Of a stretch of 64,000 bases of DNA, positions 9,067-17,613 are shown one piece after another. Under the pieces are notes generated by a model that did not search any database, was not told where the DNA came from, and worked only from the letters and a program-made list of their open reading frames with translations. Each line of letters opens with the position of its first letter. Within the stretch, counting starts at the first letter, position 1. The DNA is from Planctomycetota bacterium (lineage in GTDB: Bacteria; Planctomycetota; UBA1135; UBA2386), in the NCBI GenBank assembly GCA_046290465.1, contig JBKAGP010000001.1, forward strand, positions 3,776,001-3,840,000. The letters run 5' to 3'. A program made the position numbers and the translations under genes.

Positions 9067-12000
9067 TTGCTCCGTCTCCGTTCGATCCTCGTTGCGACCG
9101 TCGCATGCACTGTCGCGTCTGCGCAGCAGTACCGCGTCCAGTCGTACGTCGACCGCGACGAGGTGCCGTGCACGCAGGCCTACGACGCCGTGCAGGGCCC
9201 GGACGGGCGCATGTGGTTCGCGACGCGGCTCGGCGTGACCGACTACGACGGCGCCCACTGGGGCGTCTCCGAGGGCATCGGACAACCGCAGCGCTACCTC
9301 GGCCTCGACGACGACGGCGGCATCTGGGCGGTCACCAGCTACGCGCCGCTGCACGTCGCGCGCTTCGACGGAACGAGCTGGATCGACCACGGCACCGATA
9401 CGTTCGCGACCGACCCGTTTCCGACCGACCTCGTCGGCGTGAACGCGACCCGCGCCTACATCGGCACGTTCCGGCACGGCGTGGTGATGTTCGACGCCGG
9501 CACCTGGACCACGCTGCCCGACGCCGACGACGGGCCGGTCCACGCCAACGCGCTGGCGCGCGTCGACGGCCAGCTGTTGGTCGGCACGCCCGACGGCCTG
9601 ATCGCCTACGACGAGGGCGACCTGTCGAAGGCGCCGCGGACGATCGCCGGGGCGCGCACCGGCGTGCTCGGGATGGCGCGCGATCGGGGCGCCGTCTGGG
9701 TCGTCGGCAGCGACTGGATCGGCAGGTACGAGAACGGCGAACTGCGACCGATCACGCTCGACCGCGCGGTCGACTTCAACACGACGCGCAACCTCTGCCC
9801 GGTCGTCCCGGACGGCGGCGGCGGCGCGCTGGTGGCCGACGGCCCGACCATCCATCACGTGCGCCACGACGGCCGGCTGACGGCCCTCGACGTCGCGACG
9901 CCCCTGCCGTTCTACGGCTCCAACGGCATGGCGCTGGATCGCGAGCACAACATCTGGCTCACCAGCGACCGCGGCATCTGCAGGCTGACCCGCAGCGAGG
10001 TCCGTTCGTACTCGGCCATCAGCGGCCTGCTCGAGAGCGAGGTCTCGGCGATCTGCCGACGCGGCGACGGCACCATGGTGCTCGGCCACAACGGCGGGAT
10101 CTCGCTGTTCGCGGACCATCGCAGCCGGCCGATCCCGTTCGACGCCCCGCCGGTCCGCGGCCGCGTGCTCGACCTCGAGCCGGGCGACGGCAATGAGGTC
10201 TGGATCGCCGCGTCGTGGCTCGGCCTCGGCCGCCTCGACGAGGACGACCGCTGCACGTTCTGGAAGCCGGACGCGACCGGGCAGGTGCATGCGATCGCGC
10301 GACGCGACGGCGAACTCTGGGTTGCCGGCGACTTCGGCCTGATGCGGTTCGACGGCGAGACGTTCTCGCGGGCGGACGGCGACCCGCCGCTGCTGCACAA
10401 GCGGGCCCGGCGTCTGTCCGGCGACGACGAAGGCAACCTGTGGATGTCGACGTCGCTGCACGGCGTGATCCGCTACGGCCGCGACGGCAAGATCCGCCAG
10501 TGGTCGTCCGACAACGGCATCGAACGCTCGACCTACGGCGTCGCCCACCTGCCGGACGGCCGCACGCTGGTCGCGTCGAGCGGCGGCCTGTTGCAGCTGG
10601 GCGAGCACGGCCTGGAGCCGGCGCCCGAGGCGACCCGCGATCGGCCGGTCTACTTCGTCCTGCCAGGGCAACTGCCGGGCGAGCTGTGGCTCGGCAGCAA
10701 CGCCGGCATCGTGTTCCGCGACGCGAACGGACAGCGGCGGATCTCGCGCAGTGACGGCCTGCTCGGCGACGAGGCCAACCGCGACGGCGCGCTCGACAAC
10801 GGCGACGGACGGCTGTGGGTCGGCACCGACGGCGGACTCAACCTGGTGCCCGGCCCGTTCCTGTCGATCCGCCCCGCTCGCCCGACCGTCGAGATGCTAC
10901 GCGTCGAACACGACGGCAAGCCGGTGCCGCTGGAGGACGGCATCTGGCAGGTGCCGGCGGACCCGGGCGAGACCCGGTGGTACTTCCGCGCGATCTCGTT
11001 CTTCGACGAGGACCGCATCCGCTGCTACTACCAACTCGAGGGCCTGCACGACGACTGGGTCGGCCCCACCAGCCTGCCGACGCGCGAGATCTACTTCGCC
11101 TCGCTGGCGCCGGGCACCTACCGGCTGCGGCTGTTCGTCGAAGGCGCCGACAACCAGCGCAGCGACGAGTTCGTGTCGCGGCCGATGTTCGTGGCCACGC
11201 CGCTGACGCAACGCTGGTGGTTCCTGGCGTTGGCAGGCACCGCGATCCTCGGTCTCGGCGCGCTCGGCTTCCGCGAATACAGCCAGCGCCGCTATGCGCG
11301 GCGGCTCAGCGACGAGGTCGAGCGGCGGACCGAGCAGCTGGCTGCCACGCAGCGACAGCTGGCGCAGGACCGCGAACAGCTCGAACGCACCCTCGACAGC
11401 ATCGGCGACGCGGTGATCGCCACCGACCCGATGTGCGAGGTGTTCTTGTGGAACGACGCCGCGTGCGCGTTGACCGGGATCGACGAACGCGCAGCGCTCG
11501 GCCGCAACCTGCGCGACCTGCTGCCCGAACTCGGCGAGCTGCCCGACGAGGGGCCGTTCGTCTGGGACGACCTCAAGGTGGCTGGGCGCGTGCGCACGTT
11601 CGAAGGGACCGTGGCGCCGCTCGGCACGCTCGGTGCCGGCGCCGTGATCGCGTTCCGCGACGTGACCGATCGGCACCTGCTCGAACGCGAGGTCGCGCAC
11701 CGCCAGCGCCTCGAGTCGCTCGGGCAGCTCGCCGGCGGCATCGCGCACGACTTCAACAACTACCTGACCGTGCTCAACGGCACGCTCGACATGCTCGTCG
11801 ACGAGGCCTCGCTGACGCCGGAGCAACGTTCGCAGGCGAGCGTCGCGCGCTCGACGCTGCGACGCGCGGTCTCGCTGACGCAGCAGCTGCTGACGTTCTC
11901 GCGCGGCGGCACGCCGGTCCGTCGTGCGGTCGACCTCGAGGCGCTGATCCACGACGCGGTCGCGTTCGCGCTGAGCGGCTCGCCGATCGAGGCGAAGGTC

Positions 12001-12804
12001 GCGGTCGCACGAGGTCTGCCGCACGCCGACGTCGACGAGGGGCAGATCGCGCAGGCGCTGCACAACCTGCTGCTCAACGCCCGCCAGATCCTGACCCGCG
12101 GCGGCACCGTGCGCATCGAAGCGCGCGTGCCGGAGCCGCCGCCGACGGACCTCGACGGCGACGACTGGATCGAGCTGCAGGTGTCGGACGACGGCCCCGG
12201 CATGCCGGCCGACGTGCGCGCCAAGGTGTTCGATCCGTTCTTCAGTGCGCGCGAGGGCGGCACCGGGCTCGGGCTGAGCGTGGTGCACTCGATCGTCAAC
12301 CGGCACGGCGGCCGCGCCAGCGTCACGTCCGAGCCCGGCGCCGGCACGACCTTCCGCTTGCTGCTGCCGGCCGCGAGGCAGGCTGCCGCCAGCGAACGCG
12401 CTCCTGCCCCGGTCGCGCCCGAGCGCGCCCGCGTGCTGGTCATGGACGACGACGACAACGTGCGGCGCCTGCTGGTGCGCATGCTCGAGCACATCGGCCA
12501 CGAGTGTGTCGCGACCCGACGCGGCGAGGACGCGGTCGACGAGTACGCCAAGGCGGTCGAGCGTGGTCCGGCGTTCGACGCGGTGCTGCTCGACCTGACG
12601 GTCGTCGGCGGGCTCGGCGGTCGCGCGACGGCCGACCGGTTGCTGCAGCTGGACGGCGACGCGCGCCTGGTCGCGATCAGCGGCTACTCCGACGAAGGCA
12701 CGATGGGCGACTTCGCCAAGGCGGGCTTCTGCGCGGCGCTGGCCAAGCCGTTCGACCGCGAGGGCCTGCGCAGCGTGATCGAGCGCGCCACCAGCGGCGG
12801 TTGA
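9067..12804 (+). CDS. Hybrid sensor histidine kinase (beta-propeller/YYY sensor, TM, PAS, HisKA, HATPase, receiver)
   Basis: Repeated D..G.xWxxT..G propeller motifs, YYQLEG...LAPGTY (YYY), AGGIAHDFNN H-box, NLLLNA, DDGPGM, GTGLGL, VMDDD...LLDL...KPF receiver; TTG start uncertain. Confidence 0.92.
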   Translation: MLRLRSILVATVACTVASAQQYRVQSYVDRDEVPCTQAYDAVQGPDGRMWFATRLGVTDYDGAHWGVSEGIGQPQRYLGLDDDGGIWAVTSYAPLHVARFDGTSWIDHGTDTFATDPFPTDLVGVNATRAYIGTFRHGVVMFDAGTWTTLPDADDGPVHANALARVDGQLLVGTPDGLIAYDEGDLSKAPRTIAGARTGVLGMARDRGAVWVVGSDWIGRYENGELRPITLDRAVDFNTTRNLCPVVPDGGGGALVADGPTIHHVRHDGRLTALDVATPLPFYGSNGMALDREHNIWLTSDRGICRLTRSEVRSYSAISGLLESEVSAICRRGDGTMVLGHNGGISLFADHRSRPIPFDAPPVRGRVLDLEPGDGNEVWIAASWLGLGRLDEDDRCTFWKPDATGQVHAIARRDGELWVAGDFGLMRFDGETFSRADGDPPLLHKRARRLSGDDEGNLWMSTSLHGVIRYGRDGKIRQWSSDNGIERSTYGVAHLPDGRTLVASSGGLLQLGEHGLEPAPEATRDRPVYFVLPGQLPGELWLGSNAGIVFRDANGQRRISRSDGLLGDEANRDGALDNGDGRLWVGTDGGLNLVPGPFLSIRPARPTVEMLRVEHDGKPVPLEDGIWQVPADPGETRWYFRAISFFDEDRIRCYYQLEGLHDDWVGPTSLPTREIYFASLAPGTYRLRLFVEGADNQRSDEFVSRPMFVATPLTQRWWFLALAGTAILGLGALGFREYSQRRYARRLSDEVERRTEQLAATQRQLAQDREQLERTLDSIGDAVIATDPMCEVFLWNDAACALTGIDERAALGRNLRDLLPELGELPDEGPFVWDDLKVAGRVRTFEGTVAPLGTLGAGAVIAFRDVTDRHLLEREVAHRQRLESLGQLAGGIAHDFNNYLTVLNGTLDMLVDEASLTPEQRSQASVARSTLRRAVSLTQQLLTFSRGGTPVRRAVDLEALIHDAVAFALSGSPIEAKVAVARGLPHADVDEGQIAQALHNLLLNARQILTRGGTVRIEARVPEPPPTDLDGDDWIELQVSDDGPGMPADVRAKVFDPFFSAREGGTGLGLSVVHSIVNRHGGRASVTSEPGAGTTFRLLLPAARQAAASERAPAPVAPERARVLVMDDDDNVRRLLVRMLEHIGHECVATRRGEDAVDEYAKAVERGPAFDAVLLDLTVVGGLGGRATADRLLQLDGDARLVAISGYSDEGTMGDFAKAGFCAALAKPFDREGLRSVIERATSGG

Positions 12805-12863
12805 GACGCCACGGCCCCATCGGGCGGGACTTCGATCGCGCGTTCGCTATCCTGTTCGCCCCG

Positions 12864-14756
12864 ATGACGCTGGTAACGCTCGAGAAGATCACCCGCCGCT
12901 TCGGCGACTTCCCCGTGCTCGACGGGCTGTCGCTGCGCGTCGACGAGGGCGACCGCATCGGCGTGGTCGGCGACAACGGTGCCGGCAAGACCACGATGAT
13001 CCGGATCCTCGCGGGCGTCGACGACTCCGACTCCGGCAGCCGCAACTGCCGCCGCCACCTGCGCATCGCCTACGGCGCACAGATGCCCAAGATGCCCGAG
13101 GGCACGACGATCGAACAGCTGGTGCAGCACGGCACCGGCGAGCACGCGGCGCTCGAGACGCGCATGCGCGAGCTCGAGGCAAGGATGGCCGAAGGCAGCG
13201 ACTCGGCGCTGGCCGCCTATGGCGAGCTGCAGGCGTCGTTCGAGGCCGGCGGCGGCTACGACCGCAAGCACCAGGTCGAGAAGGTGCTGAGCGGCATCGG
13301 CTTCCCCGATGGCGACCTGCACAAGGACGTGTCGGTGCTGAGCGGTGGCGAGAAGTCGCGCGTGCAGCTGGCGATCCTGATGACCACGCCGGCCGACCTG
13401 CTGATCCTCGACGAGCCGACCAACCACCTCGACCTGCAGGGCATCGAGTTCGTCGAGGACTTCGTCAAGCGCTACCCCGGCGCGGTCGTCGTCGTCAGCC
13501 ACGACCGCCGCTTCCTCGACGGCGTCGCCGACGCGATCGTCGAAGTCGCCGACGGCGTCGCGACCCGCTACAAGGGCAACTTCTCCGCCTATCGCAAGCA
13601 GCGCGACCAGGCGCTGCTGGCGCTGCAGCGGCAGTTCAAGAACCAGGCCGAGTTCGTCGCCAAGGAGATGGACTTCATCCGGCGCAACATCGCCGGCCAG
13701 AAGACCGCGCAGGCCAAGGGACGCCTGAAGCGCCTGCAGAGGCTGCAGCTGATCGGCAAGCCCAAGGGCAAGCGCGCCCAGATGCGGCTGACGTTCGGGC
13801 AGACGACGCGCGGCCAGGAGGGCCAGGTCGCGATCGAGGGCGAACACCTGGTGGTGCGCGCCGGCGACAAGCAGCTGATCGACGACGGCGCCCTGCGGAT
13901 CTGGTTCGGCGAGGTCACCGCACTGCTCGGCCGCAACGGCGCCGGCAAGACCACCCTGCTGCGGCTGCTCGCGCGCGACGGCGCGCCGGCCGGCGGCACG
14001 CTCAAGCACGCGCACAACCTGCGCATCGGCTACTTCAGCCAGGAGAAGAACGACCTGCCGCAGTCCGGCACCGTGCTCGACGCGTTGCGCGAGCTCGACC
14101 GCACCATCGACGACGGCACCCTGCGCGACCACCTGGCGATGTTCCTGTTCGTCGGTCACGAGGTCGAGAAGCCGGTGGCGGACCTGTCCGGCGGCGAGAA
14201 GCAGCGGCTGGCGCTGGCGCGCATGACGCGCGCGCAGTTCGACCTGCTGTGCCTGGACGAGCCGACCAACCACCTCGACGTCGCCGGCACCGAAGGTCTC
14301 GAGCAGGCGTTGAAGGAGTTTCCCGGCACCGTCGTGCTGATCACGCACGATCGCCAGCTGGTCGAAGAGGTCGCCGATCGCGTGCTGTGGGTCGAGGCCG
14401 GCGCGGTGCGCAGCTTCGAGCAGGGCCTGGAGCAGTGCCAGCGCGTGCTCGCCGAGGAGCGCTCGGCACTGCGAGCGGCCGAGTCGGCCGCCAAGGAACG
14501 CGCCGCCAGCAAGGCCGCCGAGGCGAACCAGCCGAAGCCGGCGCGCGAGACCGGCAAGATCCGCAACCCGCTGCTGTTCGAACGCCTCGAGAACCGGATC
14601 ATCGAACTCGAGGGCGAGATCGAAGCCGTGCAGGCGGCGATGCTCGAACCGGAGAACTACGGCAGCGCGCAGAAGATGAAGGACCTGCAGGCCGACGAGG
14701 CGAAGCGCAAGCAGGAGCTCGCCGAGGCCTACGAGCAGTGGGAGAACTGGCAGTAG
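12864..14756 (+). CDS. ABC-F family ATPase (ribosome-associated, Uup/YheS-like)
   Basis: Two ABC cassettes (GDNGAGKTT/LSGGEKSR/LDEPTNHLD and GRNGAGKTT/LSGGEKQR/LDEPTNHLD), no TM segments, C-terminal coiled coil ending YEQWE. Confidence 0.93.
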   Translation: MTLVTLEKITRRFGDFPVLDGLSLRVDEGDRIGVVGDNGAGKTTMIRILAGVDDSDSGSRNCRRHLRIAYGAQMPKMPEGTTIEQLVQHGTGEHAALETRMRELEARMAEGSDSALAAYGELQASFEAGGGYDRKHQVEKVLSGIGFPDGDLHKDVSVLSGGEKSRVQLAILMTTPADLLILDEPTNHLDLQGIEFVEDFVKRYPGAVVVVSHDRRFLDGVADAIVEVADGVATRYKGNFSAYRKQRDQALLALQRQFKNQAEFVAKEMDFIRRNIAGQKTAQAKGRLKRLQRLQLIGKPKGKRAQMRLTFGQTTRGQEGQVAIEGEHLVVRAGDKQLIDDGALRIWFGEVTALLGRNGAGKTTLLRLLARDGAPAGGTLKHAHNLRIGYFSQEKNDLPQSGTVLDALRELDRTIDDGTLRDHLAMFLFVGHEVEKPVADLSGGEKQRLALARMTRAQFDLLCLDEPTNHLDVAGTEGLEQALKEFPGTVVLITHDRQLVEEVADRVLWVEAGAVRSFEQGLEQCQRVLAEERSALRAAESAAKERAASKAAEANQPKPARETGKIRNPLLFERLENRIIELEGEIEAVQAAMLEPENYGSAQKMKDLQADEAKRKQELAEAYEQWENWQ

Positions 14757-14868
14757 ACGCGGCTCCCGGTCGCCCCCGCGCCCTGGTGCAAGTCCAAGCC
14801 ACGTCCTAGCATCGGATCACTGGCACGCTCGGGTAGGCCAGGACCCGAGGGCGCGTGAGGATGCAAGT

Positions 14869-16866
14869 ATGTGGGAATGGCTGAGCGATCTGTTTGCGAC
14901 CGACGGTTTTCCGGCCCGATGGAACTGCGGTTCCTGGCCGGCCTGGCTGGGCTGGCTGCACATCGTCTCGGACCTGGTGACGTTCGCCGCCTACGTCGCG
15001 ATCCCGATCGTGCTGGGCCTGTTCCTGTGGCGCCGCCAAGACCTGCCGGTGCCGCGCGTCGCATGGCTGTTCGTCGCGTTCGTGTTCACCTGCGGCACCG
15101 TGCACCTGTTCGAGGCGGTGATCTTCTGGTGGCCGGTCTACCCGTGGTCTGGCGTGCTCAAGGCGCTGACGGCGATCATCTCGATCCTGACGGTGCTCGC
15201 ACTGGTGCCGACGATGCGCGCGGCGCTGCGCATACCGGCGTTCTCGGAGGCCACCGCGCGCCTCGCCGCGATCATCTCCGCGTCGTCGGACGCGATCGTC
15301 TCCAAGGACCTCGACGGCCACATCACCAGCTGGAACGACGGCGCCACCAGGCTCTACGGGTTGACCGCCGACGAGATGGTGGGCAAGCACGTGACCGCGC
15401 TGGTGCCCGACGACCTGCACCAGCAGGCGATCGACTACACCCGACGCGTGCGCAACGGCGAACGCATCGCGCCGTTCACGACCGAGCGCCTGCACAAGCA
15501 CGGCTACCGGATCCCGGTGTCGGTGTCGCTGTCCCCGGTGTTCGGGCGCAACGGCACCGTCGTCGGCATCTCCGGCATCACCCGTGACATCCGCGACCAG
15601 CTCGCCCACGAACAGGAGCTCGAGCGCGCCGCCCTGCGGCTCAAGCGCGCCAACCGGCGCCTGCGCGAACTGGCCGACCGCGACCCCCTCACCGGCCTGC
15701 TCAACCGACGCGGCTTCGAGGACGCGCTGGCCGTCGAGGTCGAACGCATCCGCCGCTACGGCACCAGCGCTGCGGTCATCCTGATCGACGTCGACGACTT
15801 CAAGGACATCAACGAGCGACACGGCCACGACACCGGCGACGCGGCGCTGCGCGAGATCGGCGACCGACTCGACGATGCCGCCCGCGAGACCGACCTGGTC
15901 GGGCGGATCGGCGGCGACGAGTTCATGGTGCTCGCTCCGGAGACCCGCATCGGCGGCGCGATGCGGCTGGCCCAACGCCTGCGGGAGGCGATCGCCGCGT
16001 CGACGATGGACGTCGCCTCACCGCCGCTGCAGGTGTCCGTCAGCTGTGGCGTCGAGACGGTCACGCCCGAACGTTCGCAGCTCAAGGACCTGCTCGGCGA
16101 CGCCAGCAACGCGCTGTCGGTCGCCAAGAGCATGGGCAAGAACACGGTCTGCTCGTCGCGCACGCAGCAGGAGCCGGACGAACCCGACGCGCTCGAACTG
16201 CGGGCCCTGACCCAGCCGATCGTCGAACTGGCAACCGGCCGCGAGGTCGCGTGCGAACTACTGATCCGCGGCCCGCGCGGCCCGCTGGAGTCGCCCGACC
16301 GCCTGTTCGCGCTGCACCGCGAGCGCAAGACGCTGACGGCGATGGACTTGGCCTGCCTCGACCGCTGCATCGACACGATCCGGGCCCGCGGCGACAACGC
16401 GCCAACGCACGTCAACGTCTTTCCGTCGACGCTGCTTGAGGCCGACATCGACGAGATCGCCCAGCGCCTGTCGCGCGGCGGCACCGGCTGCCAGGTGTGC
16501 ATCGAGCTCAACGAGTCGATGCTGGTCGGCGACCCGAAGCAGCTGATCGAACGCGTCAAGGTGCTGCGCGATCGGGTCGGCTGCCAGGTCGCACTCGACG
16601 ACGTCGGCTACGGCCGCAGTTCGATCGAAGCGCTGATCGTGCTCGAGCCCGACACGATCAAGATCGACCGTCGCTACGTGCACGGCGTCGCCGACGACCC
16701 GGCGATGCGCCGCCACCTCGAACGGTTGATCCTGGCCGCGCGCGCGCTCGACGCGCGGATCATCGCCGAGGGCCTCGAACGCGGCGAGGACCGCGACGTG
16801 CTGCAGGAACTCGGGGTCGAGTTCGCGCAGGGCTACCTGTTCGGGCGGCCGGCCGCGCGCAACTGA
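14869..16866 (+). CDS. Diguanylate cyclase/phosphodiesterase with ethylene-receptor-like N-terminal TM domain, PAS, GGDEF, EAL
   Basis: SDLVTFAAYVAIP...FVFTCGTVHL; PAS (SDAIVSKDLDGHITSWNDGA); DPLTGLLNRR, RETD I-site, GGDEF; ELLIR, DDVGYG, IKIDR, AEGLE, QGYLF. Confidence 0.9.
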   Translation: MWEWLSDLFATDGFPARWNCGSWPAWLGWLHIVSDLVTFAAYVAIPIVLGLFLWRRQDLPVPRVAWLFVAFVFTCGTVHLFEAVIFWWPVYPWSGVLKALTAIISILTVLALVPTMRAALRIPAFSEATARLAAIISASSDAIVSKDLDGHITSWNDGATRLYGLTADEMVGKHVTALVPDDLHQQAIDYTRRVRNGERIAPFTTERLHKHGYRIPVSVSLSPVFGRNGTVVGISGITRDIRDQLAHEQELERAALRLKRANRRLRELADRDPLTGLLNRRGFEDALAVEVERIRRYGTSAAVILIDVDDFKDINERHGHDTGDAALREIGDRLDDAARETDLVGRIGGDEFMVLAPETRIGGAMRLAQRLREAIAASTMDVASPPLQVSVSCGVETVTPERSQLKDLLGDASNALSVAKSMGKNTVCSSRTQQEPDEPDALELRALTQPIVELATGREVACELLIRGPRGPLESPDRLFALHRERKTLTAMDLACLDRCIDTIRARGDNAPTHVNVFPSTLLEADIDEIAQRLSRGGTGCQVCIELNESMLVGDPKQLIERVKVLRDRVGCQVALDDVGYGRSSIEALIVLEPDTIKIDRRYVHGVADDPAMRRHLERLILAARALDARIIAEGLERGEDRDVLQELGVEFAQGYLFGRPAARN

Positions 16867-16926
16867 CCCCGGCACACCACGGCGGCACCCAGAACGGGTA
16901 GCCTCGCGCGCCGGAGGAACTGCCCG

Positions 16927-17417
16927 ATGCCCGCCGTCGTACCCCTGGCCCTGATCGTGCTCTGCTGCCCGCAACAGCCGACCGTGCGCACCTACGCGCT
17001 GACCGGTGAGGTCGTCGACATACTCGGCGAGCCGATCGTCGGTGCGACCGCCTCCGCGTCGTCGTGCGCAGCCAGCACGGTTCGCTGAACCACCGGTCGG
17101 ACGACCTGAAGCTGGCCGAGAGCGGCACCCGCGTGCAGCTCGGCACGCTGAAGCTGACGCCACCCGCGATCGTCACCGGCATCGTCGCGACCGACGACGG
17201 CGCGCCGATCGCCGGCGTGTTCGTGTCGCTGCACGGCAAGGACGACGGCGGCGACTACCAGGAGAATGCGGTCACCGACGCCGCGGGCCGGTTCCGGTTC
17301 GTCGGCGTGCCGCCGGGCCGGGGCGAGGTCTACGTCGGCATCGACGGTGGCCGACGATCGGCCTACCAGGTGCAGGCGGGGCAGCGCTTCGAGTGGCGGC
17401 GGGACCACGGGCGCTAG
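16927..17417 (+). pseudogene. Frameshifted or internally deleted carboxypeptidase-regulatory-like (Ig-like) repeat protein
   Basis: Frame from ATG 16927 gives a signal peptide plus LTGEVVDILGEPIVGAT and stops at 17086-17088; a second frame (track ORF 17064..17417) carries VTGIVATDDGAPIAGVFV...TDAAGRFRFVGVPPG. Confidence 0.6.
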
Positions 17418-17500
17418 GAGCGCGTCCATGTAGTGGACGCGCTGCCGACCGTGATCGCGGAAGCGGCGTGTACGCGTGCGGACGGGGCTTTGCCCACTAG
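17414..17500 (+). mobile_element. 83-bp CTAG-bounded palindromic element (copy 1)
   Basis: CTAG at 17414-17417 and 17497-17500; 10-bp hairpin AGCGCGTCCA-TGTAG-TGGACGCGCT; 4 mismatches to the reverse complement of 38086-38172. Confidence 0.75.
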
Positions 17501-17613
17501 TCGCCCGCGTCGCGGCGCCCCGACGCGGCGGGCGCCATCCGCGCCGGCACGGCCAGCCCCACGACGGCCGACCGCGCGCGAATCGGCTACGCTCTGCCGG
17601 CCCTCCCGCCGCC

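Noticed and set aside
10815..12863. Long N-terminal extensions of track ORFs (ABC-F, argS from 28119, LysR from 34034, amidohydrolase from 39990, CobW from 42446)
   Set aside because: They overlap other real genes; family motifs, signal peptides and RBS or -10 elements support the downstream starts
17086..17088. TGA as a third selenocysteine codon
   Set aside because: It is not at a Cys motif, and the protein-like sequence continues in a different frame
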